Under the pieces are notes generated by a model that was given only the letters and a program-made list of their open reading frames with translations, had not been told where the DNA came from and did not search any database. A stretch of 64,000 bases of DNA from Octopus vulgaris (taxonomy: Eukaryota), in the NCBI GenBank assembly GCA_951406725.2, contig OX597823.1, forward strand, positions 25,172,001 through 25,236,000, read 5' to 3'. A program made the translations under genes and the position numbers. Shown piece by piece: positions 10,464 to 24,794 of this stretch. How positions within the stretch are numbered: the first letter of the stretch is position 1; each line of letters opens with the position of its first letter.

Positions 10464-13400
10464 GTGCTCTATTCTCGAAGCACGCGTATGTAGTTTGCAA
10501 GTGTTAATTGAACATCTTTTTCGCTATCTTTTAAAATTCATAAGTGGTAATAAAGTAATAGCCTACAATTTTATAATTTTAAACAAACGACAAGTATGAA
10601 AAATTCTTGATTCTGTAATTTGATTATTTGACTATAAGTGCATAAAGTATACAAGCAACCCTCAGAAAACTTTCTGTGATTAAACTGGTCCACAATGTAA
10701 TTCCAGTTGGCCAGGCCTGTCCCAGATACATTATGTCTATATGAAAGATAGGATGGGCACGGCCGAAACACGTGTTGATAGGTTTGTTTGATTAAGAGTG
10801 ACTACGGGCTAGCTGTGAAAAACAAGGACAAATTAGTTGATATAGTCTTAAATATATTGTGTGAATAAAAGACGAGATGGTTATCTCTTGGTACATCTGT
10901 CATTATAGAGATAGAATCGGAGAAAATAGATGATTCTGCACACTGGGGGGGGGGGGGGTTATTCACAGCCCCCCCCCCCCCAACAAAACATTTTCATTGG
11001 AAGGGCCCCGAGCGAAACGTCAGAAATCACCTCTCCATGAATGTTATTAGTTATAAACTTTAGGTATGTACATGTATATTCATGGTGATTGACAATCTAT
11101 GGCCGCAATGCTTCACTTCAGTCGCAGTACTGGACGATGTCACTGGCGGCAAAACACGAAAAATATTGGAAACACAATGGGGTACGGTAAACACCGAAGC
11201 CGAAAAGCATTTACATTTTAAGCGCGTACCAAATAACAACACAAACCCAAAGGCCAAATAAAGGCAGCATGTAACCTTATAACCAAAGACTGGCTAAAGG
11301 TAATATTAGTTAGAGACCAGCAGGCCTTTGAATACGATCCCCTCTACAAAGCCCTAAAGTATAGGAGTTAAAACTTAGTTGACAGTAAAAACATACATGC
11401 ATACGATGAAAATGGAACTATAATTGATGAAACAACAAAGCTAAAAGCGAGAACTTAGTAGTTATGTCTAGACTTAAACTGCAGGTTGTTACATATCTAC
11501 TACTACTATTACTAATACAACTACTACTTCCTAATGATGCGTCACACAGTTGCATTCCAACTCTAGTAAACTTCTCAGGGCTATTGTCTCACTCTCGTCA
11601 CTCCTACACTCGCCCACTCACTATAACCTCACTTCTATCCTCTCACGCGCTCTCTCCCTCTGAATACGCCCGTGCACACTCTCACACACACGCTCACACG
11701 CGCGCGCGCGTATGTATGTATGTATGTATGTACACACAATACCTTGTCGTCCTCTCATCTCCCTCCCTTCGTCTTTACCCAGCTCATTTCTCCTCATCAC
11801 TGAAAAACCATCTCCATCCTTGTTTATCTTTTAATCGTCTCTCTTTTCCCTCTCTCTATACTTTTCTTGCTATATCTATTTTTGGTTGCTTGCCCGTCAT
11901 TATTTTTAATTGTCTGTCTCTACCTCATACCTCAACTTTCTCTTTTCTCAAAGCTTTTTTGATCTGCCTCCTCTATTACAATTTTCTTTCTCTCTCACTA
12001 TTTTCTCTCCCCACTCTTTCCGTCTCCCTCTGTGTCAATTTTTACCTCTCTTTCTTTCCCTCTCTGCTTCTGTCTCAACTTCTTTCTCTTGTTTATCTCC
12101 CCCCACTAACTCTATTACACTGTTAATATAGACAATTGTTAGATTTAGTCATCTCCCTTTACGTAACTTCTATATTTTACTCTGTAGCTCTTCCTTATCC
12201 TCTTTCATTCAAACATTCACTGTTGTTTCTTTCTCTCTCTCTCTCTTCCGCTATATATACATAAACCAATCACTCTATCAAACGTTTCTTCGTCATACGC
12301 TTTTTCTTTCATTCTCTCATTACTTCATCAACTGCTTCTTTCGTGCGGGATACTCCACAACTTCTAGGCATAAAAATACATAATTCTGTATATATTATAT
12401 GTGCATTTGTATGTTGTAGTATGTTAAATAAGTGAAAGAATTTATACAAAAAAAAAAGGAAAAAAAAAAGATAATATAAATTATATATTGTCGACCGCCT
12501 GCTGCTGAAGCACGGGTGACCAAAATTTATGACAACAGAGATTAGTCATTTATCAAAAATTTCACTGCAGAACTATAGAACTCGGACCACCTTGCCGAGA
12601 GAATTTTGTTTCTCGCAATTATTACATCTTCCGAACTTCATAACTGAATGCCGTGATGCCAATACCCGTAATTAATGAGGGATAATTTACAATAATAATT
12701 ATTATATAGTATTATCATATGCCTTTAGTAGAAGGCATGAAACTCACTACTTCCAATCACTCCCACTCTCCTTTGAATTCAAGAGCGGAACCATCTATCT
12801 TACCAAAAGAAAACACGTGTGTGTAGATCGAACATAACTATTGACAAGAAAAGAGATCCCTTATTTATGTTTATAGATAATTCTATTTACTCGGATTTGT
12901 ACTTTTAAACAAGGAAGCTAAACTAGATTGTTTAATCAGTGGTAGTACACGGGATATGAAAACATTACGAAGAAATATTTAAGTACTGTGAAAGTATACT
13001 GCTCACGTAAGTTGTTTTCCTCTTAATCTTACCAATTAAATCGGTACACATTAAGTTTTTTGCACTAAACTTAAGTATATTAAGTATAAGATAAATGTTT
13101 AGATAAATAAGAAACATTATTTTATAATGATACATATAATTATGTATAATATTTTGCTCAACTTCCGAACCTCTGAATTATCAATATTTTCACCAATTTT
13201 CTAATTTACAAGGCGAAGTATTTTCCCTTACTTTAATCCCGGCCCTTGTTCAAGTTTGGTGTCCCAAACCAAAATATTGACTTCAAAATCATCATCTGGT
13301 GGTTTGCATCTCGTAATTGTATCTTCACTTATCTTATCCTTTATTCTTTCTCTTTGTCTCTTATTCCTAATATAGCCACCTCGGTTGCGCGTGTGTATAT

Positions 13401-16400
13401 GATTTCTTTGAATCGCCATTTAAAGGGGAGGGGGTATAAACGAGATTATGTGACATTCGTGCCTTTCTCACTGCTTCTTCGTAGAGTAGTGATTGAGAGA
13501 GTTGCCTTAGTCGACAAGCAAAAGATCAGCGGTTCGATTTTCGTGAGAGCGCAAGTTTTGATTTTCCAAAAATTTAATATTCATGATTTCTAGTTATAGC
13601 ACAAGTGTCACATTTTGGAAGAATAGTGTGGATTCTGTATGTGATATAAGTACATAGTTGCTTTGGGGCCGTACCATTCTCCGTTCTACTACTACTACTG
13701 TAGTAGTAATAATAATTCTTTCTTTAATTGCCTTATGTGAAAAGACGGAAAACATTACAATTTGTTTACAGTGCTATACGAATGAAAGGGATTTAGTTTT
13801 GGCCTTTAATACGTTTTGAATTTAAATTCCTCCTAACTCAATTTTGCCTTTCATCCTTCCGGAGGTCGATAAAAATAAGGTATCAGTCAAGTACTATGAT
13901 GAATTTATTATTCTTGTAAATAATCCTAAAGGCGAATGGAATTATAAAAGCAGACGCTTGGTGCAGTAAGAAGTTTTCTATCGACAAGCCAAGTTTTCGT
14001 TTCGATCCGCAACAAAAGTATTTCACTTACGTCTGTAATTCAATCGAGGAAATACAACACAACTTCCTTTTCCAAAATCAATAAGACTGGTATTTTCTCG
14101 TCTCAAAACATTAATTAGGGAAATTAACAACAGTGGGAATTGAACAAGGATTGGAGTAAGACCAACAAAATACTGTAATTGCTTTTATTCTAGTATCCTC
14201 CGTTTCTAATTAACTATCAACGACGGATAAACTAATCTGCGGTATTTAGTTAAATAGATTCTGATTTTGAATCCTGCCAAAATCGACTTCATTTTTCGTC
14301 CCTCTTGGCTAAGTAAAATAATTACTGGGTTCCATAAAAAATCGACTGTTCTTTTCCTTAGTTTGTGGCCGTGTGCCAATCTTGCAAACTATTACTATTA
14401 TTATTCGAGCGTTATCAAATTAGGCATTCGTTACACCAAAAACTTTTCTTATTCGAGTTAGGTTTTTTTTAAATTTCTCAAATGGACTTTCTGCAAAAAG
14501 TTTTATCAAAATACCATTATTAATTGGTACTATTCTTTGGGTTAACCTGTCTTAATTCCGTATGTGGCGTTGTTTAGCATTAGTTAATTAGACAACGCAT
14601 GTTAAAGTAAACAACGCAGGTTAGAATTTTTTTCCCCTTCAGGAATACGATGTTATCAATGAAGTGTCGCCTATCGCAAATTATCAAATTGAGACGGGTA
14701 AATGAAAGGTTAAATTAAATTAAAAATAAAACATCTAAACGTATATATCGGCACAAGACCACAAAATTTCAAGTTAACGATTATTTATTCCATTCAGATT
14801 GGAAGAAGGAATGCGATCTCGGTGTACTTTAAACTCAGAACGTGGATAGATGAGAATGTTATTAATCTTTGGCATTTATTCTATCGTCCACCCACCCCAC
14901 AGACAGTGATTTTTAACTGTGGGACTGGGTCATTTCGAAGGGGAGGGAAGAGTACAGCCAGCTGAATTCTCCATATAAAAGTAGACTACTAGATGCGAGG
15001 AAGAAATGGTGGGCTGTTTTGGTAAAATAATTTAAAAAAATAAATGTGTGCTTCGCGAAAGGAATTCCAAAATTCAAAAGGTGGAAATGTGAAAGACAGA
15101 CTGATGACCGAAAATGTTTCAGCTCTGACCATCCAGTCTTATTTTTAGGCATAATATATCTAGGAATATATTATTCTGTGCTTTTGGTTGCTATTTATTG
15201 CTAGTGGTTCACTTAACGTAGAAGTTTTTTTTCTTTTGCTCTATTTCTTTACATTATTTATACTTATTGAGCCCAGAGGTGTGGTATATTTAGAGATAAG
15301 TAAATAGTCTTTCACATTCTACAGTTTCAGCTATTGCATTGCTTTTTCTTTCTTTTTTCTTAAACGCAAATTTACAATTACGTGAAGAATTCAATGATAA
15401 AACTCGACAGACGGTAGCAAGAATTATTTTCCGTCTACTGACGTGGTATTTTGAGAATTTCTTTGATAGAAGCAGGCAAGGCAATAGACATTCTTTAATC
15501 TTTACCCTACCTATCATAAACAGATGCTACACGAACAAATGAAGGAGTTAATATAGTCGGGCGTAGAAGTAGTAGTCAAATCTATAAATTCAATCCCTAT
15601 TATCCCGAAAACGGGAAGGACACATGGTAGTTCGCGATACCATTAAAAATCAAAATCAATTTTGATTGAAACGTCTTTAAACATAGCCTGCTCAATCTGA
15701 GATGATCTGGGACTAAACAATAAATGTTTTTATTTCATTATGATTGCTTTTTTTTCTTATATATATTGACATCCATTTATAGATATCTATACGTATGAAA
15801 GTAAATTATTTATCCATTTCCTAACGGCACTTTGTTTATTCTCCAGATCAGGCCGAAAGATCGCCATCAGGCCTTGGTTGAGCAGACCTATGATCAAAGG
15901 CACTTCAGCTGTGGCCATCCCATCTATTTCTGCTAGAACTACGTTGATCAATATATTCCTTCATTTTAAGACGCAAAGTTGTGATTTGAGGGAGTTTAGC
16001 TTATTATTTCTAGCATATTGAGTGAGCGTGTAGACACTCGGCTGCTTACATTTATGCTTGCATCTATTTCTATTTTGGTAACTCTCTTTTATAGATTTTA
16101 TGGATTCCATATTTTAATTGATTTCTATTTTGTTTCTGCCTCCTCACTTGATACGTGTATATGTACTCTTGTGTGTGTATACAAACTGATAAGAAAACAC
16201 GGTGCGCGACACGCACGCCAGACACGAAAACTCACATACGTCATCATCATAGTCATTAGATAATATTCTTTTATTCGTTTCAGTCATTTGACTGCGGCTA
16301 TGCTGGAGTACCGCAACAAAAACTCAGATGGATCCCCAAGGGCTATATGGGCCTCAGGTTGAGAAACACTAGTTTAAACTGATACAAATTTCACACCACA

Positions 16401-16484
16401 TCTAGGTTGAAAGATCACAGAGTAAGAAATTCAACTCAAACAGTAGCCAAATATTTAGTTTAAATATATGCATGTGTGTATGCA

Positions 16485-16842
16485 TATTCTTTTATTTGTT
16501 TCAGTCATTTGACTGTGGCCATACTGGAGCACCGCCTTTAGTCGCAGAAATCGACCCCAGGATTTGTTCTTTGTAAGTCTAGTACTTATTCTATCGGTCT
16601 TTTTGCCGAACCACTAAGTTACGGGTATGTAAACACACCAACACCAGTTGTCAAGCGAGGGTGGGGGGACAAACACACACAGACAGACACACACACACAT
16701 ACATATATACGACGGGCTTCTTTCAGTTTCTGTCTACCAAAACCACTCACAAGGCTTTGGTTGGCTCGAGACTAAAGTAGAAAACACTTGCCCAAGGTGC
16801 CACACCGTGGGACTGAACCCGGAACCATGTTGTTGGTAAGCG
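16485..16842 (-). mobile_element. Near full-length tRNA-derived SINE
   Basis: Minus strand has a tRNA-like head with a B-box-like motif (ggttcagtccc), an internal (TG)n and the same 3' end as 3543-3785. Confidence 0.85.
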
Positions 16843-19389
16843 AGGAGAATTGGAAATTCTTTCGCTTTGTGATCACAAAAGAAAGTGTTAAAATATCGTA
16901 AGCAATTGGCATTAAAAAGATTTTTGAGAATCCTAATCTCTGTATTTTTAAATGTGAATTTGAAAGAATAACAAGGAAAATAAAAGTCAAAAGCAAAAAA
17001 TAAGGAAAGGGGAAATTTAAAATTTTGTAACTTTTTTGGAGGTTGGAAATCATAATTTCTTGGATCCAAAGAAATTTCCGAAGAAAGAAAGAAAGAAAAA
17101 AACCCAAAAAGTCAGGTGGCTGGCTGTTTAATGCATCTGCTTGGAGATCGCTAAATAGTGCCGGTATTCCCACTTTCATTTTGTGATAATAAAACGAAAG
17201 AATACTGTAGCAAAGTTTTCAAAATTTCTATGGGAAGTTGCCTACTGAATAGAATATGCTTACTGAAGAAGTCTAATAAGATCGAAGTATGATCATTACT
17301 TTTAGCGTTAAAGATATCCTCTCCTACATGTATTTATTTTCCAAATATTTCAATTAGCCAGTCTTATTGGAGTTATTTTCCTAGTATATTTTCAGATTTT
17401 AAACACCTGTAGAGAGGGATTTTTTCTACTAATTGCATGGATAATATCTGTTAAATGACGTTTTTCAGCTGATGTTACACATGCAAGACTATGTGCATAT
17501 AGTATACAGATGTTCACTGAAAGTATTATTCCCTGGCCATGTTGCTGATACAAAAATAACTGCTGTCAGATCTTTGAAAACAAGAAAACAAAATAAAACT
17601 CACATTACCCTCCAAAAATACTGTTCTTATTAGGAAAAGCAGAAACAACACAGCTTTCAATTTATTTTTTCGTAAAAATTCCCAACTCCATGCTTTTGTT
17701 AGAAGATTAAATAAGCTGTTATGAAAAGATAATTATTTTCAAACATTTGACTAATTTGTTAAAGTGAATAGAGCTGTCAGTTTTGTCTATGCACTTTAAA
17801 TCATCTAACTTAATTTACATCAGTCTCTCACTAAAATTGATAAAATGAGACTGTAGCTTTATAACACATTTCCTCATCTGATAATTTTCATTAATAAATA
17901 AAATACATTACACTAAAGAACTTTGTTTTTCTTTTGACCTAGAGAAAAGAGCTAAATTCATGGTCTTCACAGGCTGTCTGATATCAGAGATTGATGCGTC
18001 TAACATTCTTGTGATATTGCAAGTTGACAAACGCATTATATATAGGAAAGGAATTGTAGAGGGTTGATGTTCAGAGGTGGAAGGACTAAGTATAGTGGTT
18101 TGTGTGCAATAATGGTATTGGTAGAAAGAGGAAGAGAAATGAATGAATTGGAAATATTGGGTGAAGATTAGCATGAACTGACCAGTTCTGAGAAAGTAGA
18201 GGCTTCTAGTTGTGGTAGGAAAGGCAGAGAGGAGAAACAGTATATCTCTGGGTCAGAAGTTAGTGTTTGAGTGATCTCATGTTAATTCAGTAGGCTTTTT
18301 TTTTTTTTTTAGTGTAGTCTAGAATGCCTGTATGTGCAATAGCATACCATCCCAGAGGAAGGAGCACTATTCCATTATGAAGTACTTTTGAGTTTTATAT
18401 GTTGTTTAATAGTTGTTGGGAATGTTATGCAATTTTCTAGCTCTGAAGAGAAGGGTTTGCCTTTGTATGCAGTTTTTGCTATGTTAAGAACATGCATTTG
18501 CCAAGTGAGGTTCTCAGTGATAGTGAAGCATAGATTTGAAACTATTGTGAGGATTCTAGTTACATGCTATTCATATTTAGGGAAGGTGAAGTGTTATGTT
18601 TCCTTTATATGTATAGTAATTGTATCACTTTGTGGTTGAGAGAGACAATATTGGTATGCCCCACTGGAAAATGCTTCTATGGTCTCTATCCACAGTCAGT
18701 TTAGGTTTGGCATGAGATGTCTAGGTTGCAAGTGGGTGACACTTGGATGTGGAAAATTACAGAAGAATGTAGAGTTGTAAATTTGATGCAGTAGTGAGCA
18801 TTGTTGAAGGAGATAGCAAATAGGTTATTAGTGTATAAGAAGAGTATAGAGAACAAATGCTGAACTGTTGGGATACTAGAGTTGATAGTGTGGCTTAGAT
18901 AGAACTCTAAAAGCACAAGTTGTGATAATTTGATCTGAAAGGATTTGATGTAAAAGAAAGCACCTAAGATATGAAAGACTTAGTTATGTGCAGCACAAGG
19001 ATGGCAACGTACAGTGCTTTCAGTAGAATGGAATGTGATAGGTTTAAATCCACAATGTTACACTAGTGATTCACAAACTGCAAAGGGGAAGCATAGGAAG
19101 CTTTATCGGGAATATGGTAGAGATGTGTTAGAGAAAGAATCAAAGCTGAGAGCAAAAAACAAATCCTCAGCAAATAGTAAAACAGTTGAAGTTTTATTAA
19201 TTGCTTTCAGCTTTGGCACAATCTTTGCAACCACTGCAATTTTCCCTAGTTTAGTGTTTACATACCTGAACATTTTCTAGAAGCATCATTGTTACTTAGC
19301 ACTAAGTAGTTGTAATTTCCAATCAGCAGTTGACAAAGGGAATACCCTGCATTGTAAGCTGTGTATCTAATGTTTTATATATATAATTA

Positions 19390-19600
19390 TTTCTACTTTA
19401 GGCACAAGACCTGAAATTTTGGGGTTGTGTGGTAAGTCAATCAATCAACTGTAGTGCTCAGTTGGTACTTATTTTGTCAACCCCAAATAGATGAAAGTCA
19501 AAGTCAGCCTTAGTGGAATTTGAACTCAGAATGTAAAGCTGGAAGAAATATCACTTAGCATTTTGTCCAGTGTCTTAATGATTATGCCAGCTCACCACCC
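19390..19600 (-). mobile_element. tRNA-derived SINE, second family (gcctttcatcctttcggggtcgataaa core)
   Basis: Decayed reverse complement of 37005-37190 and 45420-45640. Further copies at about 13820, 22220, 31740-32090 and 46620. Confidence 0.7.
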
Positions 19601-19799
19601 TATGTTGTATATACATAATTGTAGCAATAAAAATATGATAGTGCTAATCATGATCCTTAACTAGAGTGAGCTAATAAGTATAGTACTCTGACTTTTCATG
19701 GAGGCTTCTGAGACTTGTAGGAGAAATGGAGAGGAAGGTTTCCTCATACCAAAGGTTCTGCCTGAATACTTGAAATAGAGTGGACTCAACTGAAGACAT

Positions 19800-20692
19800 C
19801 CAATGTGTCAAGTGATGGTTTTAAACTGAGTGATGGATTAAGTCTACTATCCATGTAGTACTCTTGATGACAAAATCTATGTTAGAATATCTAAGGCTAC
19901 AAATGCTTTTGGAAAATTTCCCCATCATTTGTACAATGAACACAGTGTCAGTCTGAAAACTAAAATAAGTGTATACAAATCTTATATTTTGAGCACACTT
20001 TTGTACGGGGCAGAAACATGGACTCTCTTTTACTACAGACGTATAAAAAAACATGAAACCCTTCACATGTGCTGTCTGTGTAATATCTGCAACATAAAAT
20101 GGCAAGATAAGATATCAAATGTCAGAATCTTACAAAAATGTGATATCTTCAGTATCCAAAGCATACTGCTTAGAATTCAGTGCAGATGGATAGGACATGT
20201 TGTTCAAATGAAAGACGACTGCTTTCCAAAAATTCTTTTGTATAGCCAACAAGTGGAGGGATACTGTGGTAAAGGAAGACCTGTCCTTAGGTATAAGGAT
20301 AAGTTGAAGTAATCACTATGATCTCTACATCTTGGGAAAGTCATTGTCTCGATCGATCTACAAAGCATAAAATGTGTCATGATGCATCAAAACAATTTGA
20401 GTTGAAGAAACAGAACTTTAAAAGAATTATATCCTACCATCAAGATACATTTGCCCAATCCCAGGCAAAATCAAAATCATCAGTGTCCTCATTGTGACTT
20501 CATAGCAAAATCTATACCTGGACTCAAATTACATTCATGCATCCATCACAAAAAGATGCAGCTTCTTTTGTTCTTTTCTTTTTAAGGTTGTTTTCTCTTT
20601 TTCCCACTTTTTCTTTTCTTTTTTCTTTAAGTCGTCTCTTTCAAACATTCATATGTAAAAATCAATGGGAGCGACCATCATTATTATTATTA
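19800..20692 (+). mobile_element. RTE-clade LINE 3' fragment
   Basis: ORF 19929-20312 reads TKISVYKSYILSTLLYGAETWT...RWIGHVVQM...PKILLYS...GRPVLRYKDKLK. A CPHC zinc finger follows at about 20485 and a (ATT)n tail at about 20680. Confidence 0.85.
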
Positions 20693-20799
20693 ATGTAAAA
20701 GATATGTATTAGCTGGCTTGGTAGGATGTCCTACAAAATGACCTCTCTTGATGGCACATCTGTTCATGGCTGCATGGCTCTCACTATCCATTCATCTCT

Positions 20800-21900
20800 A
20801 TCTAGTTTTCTCTGTGACCAACCGAATACAGGGTATTTACTGTACCTTGTTAAAAACCTCCAGACTGATAAATGCTAGTTATGGCAGTATTCTTAATTAA
20901 GAACTTCTATAGTTGTCGCATTAAGAAAAAGGCATCATTGATGCCCTTCTGGCAGTTGATGATGAGACTGCTACACCAATCATTGGATATGACACCTGAT
21001 GTACTACCTGTTTGACTATGCAAAGAATTAGCATTTATATGTCGTACTTCATTGGATATTTTCAGTATTCTCATTTATTATCCTTGATAGCCTAACTGCT
21101 TTCCCTGCCTTTATATCTTTAATCATGCTTTTCATCATATAGATGTCAAATTTAAGTGCTGCTCCCTCTGTTGAATATATGTGGGGTAAGTCCTTTTCTC
21201 TCTCATGCATTTCATTCACCAGCCTCTTATAGTAACACTTCCAAACCTGTATCTTTTTGGTGTCTATGAGACTAAGTTTGCTACTATTATTCAGTACCCA
21301 TTTTTGTTTCATCATAATGTCTTGATGTGCATTGACAGTATTTTACAGTACAGAATACCTCATATCTCTGATCTTCTTCTTGCAGAACCTTAGAAAATCT
21401 TTTACTTTGTATATTGAATATTGAGCTTATTTGCTATGTATACCTGATATCAATTTTATTTTCTCCCTGTCTGATAGTGTTTTTGCTTACTCTTTCTACC
21501 ATTCTTTCCAGTTTTATCTCTTAACTTTTCTGATTCTATTTAAGATTTCATTCATTCTGTCACCATATTATGTTCTGTTTTATTGGAACTTTGCTTTTCC
21601 TACAGCATCCATTTACTCATCTCTGCAATCTGGCAAGATCTATCTTTTATTATGCTAGCACTGATGGTGACAGCCTTGAAGTTTTGTATCTGACCAGAGG
21701 AAAGGGGTTTCCAGTGGTTTGTGAGTTGTTTTCCTGCTTCAGAAAGGAAGAGCGTTGTGCAATCATTTGATGATAGTTGATTCTCACAATTGGTCAACCC
21801 ATGATTGTGTGTCATACAAATATAAGTGTTAGTGCTATGTACACATTTAGGTTTTTTCATTGTATTTGTAACTATCATGATTTTGGCATAGTTTTATTGG
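20800..21900 (-). mobile_element. Highly degenerate LINE (RTE-like) ORF2 fragment
   Basis: Minus-strand remnants such as WKCYYKRLVNE and MIKDIKAGKA, with many stops. Confidence 0.55.
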
Positions 21901-22364
21901 CCTTTTGCCTTTCCTGTTGCGAACCACTTTACAATATAGATTAGATACATCTTATTGTGCTTCAAGCACTAGAGAGGTTGTCAAGTCAACCTAAAGTAAT
22001 TTCTCTATACTATTAGTTTTATTTGTTTTCATTCAGAGTTACTGTTCTCTTAGTGTACGGTCTTCATCTACTCCATCTAGAATTTCATTCAGTCATTGCT
22101 CTTCTAGTTAGATAGGGAGAATGCTATAAGAGAGGTCTGTACATAGAGGAGGTAACATGTTTGTAGACAAAAATAGATGCTAATAAATATGATGAAGATG
22201 ATGATGAGGATAATTGTTTTTAATTTAGGAACAAGGCCAGTAGTTTTGAGGAGATGGAATAGTTGATACCATTATACTCTAGTACTTGACCAACACTTTG
22301 TTTTATCAATCCTAAAAGGATGAAAAGCAAATTTTTATCTTAGCAGGATTTGAGCTCAGCGTTT

Positions 22365-22665
22365 GACCTTGCAAGTTGGGCCCAGTTAGAATTTTCTTTA
22401 AGTCAAGTAGCCAATCCCGTTCAAAAGGTCCCTGAATAAGGGTTGTTTAAGGATGTTGAACGAAACACTCATGTTTCCAGAGATGAATTATTCAAACCCC
22501 ATAGAATCCCTCTCAACACATGGCTATGATGCTCCCCCACTACTTCTGCTCATGATCAGAAATGCACATATTGTCAGCAACCAAGGGACATGCTGAACTG
22601 GTTAAGGTCAAATAACTGACAAGCAAATTTGTTGTATTGAACAGAATATTTACTGTAGCCCATTA
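22365..22665 (-). mobile_element. Interspersed repeat (SINE-like) inserted in an older SINE
   Basis: Discrete GC-richer block that interrupts a SINE copy at 22220-22360. Family not assigned. Confidence 0.45.
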
Positions 22666-22962
22666 TTATTATTTGTAATCCCTACTAGAAGGATTACAAA
22701 GATATGACAAAACAAAATCTGTCAAGAGTGAGTCACTCACAGCTGATTTAAAGTTATATTTGTTTTATTAGTCAGCTGGTGGTGGTGTTTACATCCTCAT
22801 GTGTTCTCAGTCATCGGTCAACCACGTCCATAACCCAGTTTCAAAGATTTCATTTAATTCATTTAGGCAGGACATGTTTCTTTCTTCACTTAACTAAATT
22901 TGTTTTCTAGACAACTGTCAGTGGGCTTGTTGCTTTTTTCTTTCTCAGATTGGTACTTTTAA

Positions 22963-23002
<40 letters not shown>

Positions 23003-23007
<5 letters not shown>

Positions 23008-23365
23008 ATATAAACGGCAGTTTGTCTGTGCGTGTTTCTGTGTGTCTGTTTGCTTGTACCCTCACCCTGACCACGGCTTTCAACCGATTCTGATGAAACT
23101 TGACACACACATAGCCCAATGTCATAATTCAAAACTAACGCAGCGAAAATTTTGAAAAGTTCCCCCAGTTCTGAAAAAAATCGATAAATTCGACATGGGG
23201 TCGAGAATCAGAAACATAAACCGTCTAGGGGACGCAACTCCACCTTTTTTTACTCTCAAAAAAAATTTACCATCATTTTTTTTCCATTTTTTGGCTATAA
23301 CTCTCTAAAAATGCTTTATAGTTATTTCCCTTACAAACCTGAGCAACGCCGGGCGATACTGCTAG
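23003..23365 (+). mobile_element. Non-autonomous Helitron
   Basis: Starts TC after A and ends with a hairpin (cctgagcaacgccggg) followed by CTAG|T. No TSD. The 3' part is homologous to 53090-53210. Confidence 0.85.
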
Positions 23366-24072
23366 TATATATATATATATGTATATGTATATACATAGAC
23401 ACACACACATAAATAGACAAACATGCATACACACACACACATACATAACACATATACTAAAGCTTGCTTACTATTTTTTATTATCATTATTATTATTACG
23501 TTCCTCATGTTCTCTTAGCACAACAAAGTACATGTATGAGTGTTTATGTCATCATTGTCTTATATGCATATTTTAGCAATATCTGAAAATTATTATAAAA
23601 ATTAAGCTACTTGTGAACAAACATGGAAGATGCCCTGACTTTTTGATGTGCCACCTTTTGACTTTCCCCATTTTTCTTTTTGATATACTGACACCAACAA
23701 CACTTTCAATTTAACAGGAAAAGAAAAGGTTCACTGTACTTGTAATTCTAGCCTCTAACTACAACAATTCAACTTCTTGAATGAGGTTGGGAAGAACATA
23801 TCTGTGGCCAAGAGAAGGAAATATTTTCAGTGATTAGATGTCAAGATGGTCATGTTCATCCTGTGAGTCCAGAACAGCATCAATGACAAACTATGATGGG
23901 TTGATGTGGTCCATTGGCAAAACAACTCAAGATGGCTGAGTATAAACATGTGAAACATGAGAATATTACATCCAAGGGCTACATGATGAGAGGAGGGTAT
24001 TTCATATATATATATATATCATCATCATCATCATCACCGTTTAACGTCCGCTTTCCATGCTAGCAATATATA

Positions 24073-24547
24073 CATTTCATTTTTCATTTTCATTTCATCT
24101 AGTTTCAGCTCACGAGCTGTGACCATGCTAGGGCACTGCCATTCGGTGTTGCTACATGATTTTACTTCACGAATGCTTTTTAGCATTTGACATTTGGTGC
24201 ATGAGAGAGTTTGTTGCAGCTGCCCTCATCTGCACCTCCTGCCGTGAAGTTGGTTCATCTGGGACACCTGACAAGTAGAGGTCCAACTTTACTTTGAAGA
24301 CATCTGCATCCACCCCATGCAGGTCTCTCAGGTCCTTCGGGAGGATATTGAAGAGTTGTGGACCTCTGAAGCCCAGGCTATCGCAGTATCTTGTCCTACA
24401 TCTTGATGGCAAATTTGGAGTTCTTGGTACTATGCAGTGACGCCCAGTTCTAGTATTTGTGTAACTCTCAATGCCAAAGTTTGGGACAAGTCCTTCCAGG
24501 ATCTTCCAGATGTATATTATGGCACATCTTTCTTGCCTACGCTCTAT
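24073..24547 (-). mobile_element. CR1-clade LINE 3' fragment
   Basis: ORF 24167-24598 core ERRQERCAIIYIWKILEGLVPN...RGPQLFNILPKDLRD...FKVKLDLYLSGVPDEP, then a 3' UTR and an (AAATG)n tail. Confidence 0.85.
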
Positions 24548-24623
24548 TATATATATATATATATATATATAATTATTATTTGAGGGAAAAAAATTCAATT
24601 TAGAAATAAAAAATTCAATTTAG

Positions 24624-24782
24624 AAATACTAAATCAAATTTCACACAATATAATATATATATATAAAAAATTAGAAAAAAAACCCCCTTTTATCAATTCA
24701 AAATGAACAATTAAATTACACCATCTCATATAATGTGTAATATAATTATACATTATATTGTGTGAAATTTGATTTAGTATTT
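24624..24782. repeat. 31-bp inverted repeat (fold-back relic)
   Basis: aaatactaaatcaaatttcacacaatataat pairs with attatattgtgtgaaatttgatttagtattt. Confidence 0.8.
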
Positions 24783-24794
24783 CAAAATTTTTTT

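Noticed and set aside
11464-12126. 220-aa ORF with signal-peptide-like start
   Set aside because: Translation of CT-rich low-complexity and microsatellite sequence (L/S/F-rich), with no recognisable domain.
13470-13555. tRNA-like segment with B-box-like ggttcgatt
   Set aside because: No convincing cloverleaf or anticodon loop. At most a decayed SINE head or tRNA pseudogene.
18000-19300. Possible very old retroelement fragment on the minus strand
   Set aside because: Composition is suggestive but no diagnostic motif could be read with confidence.
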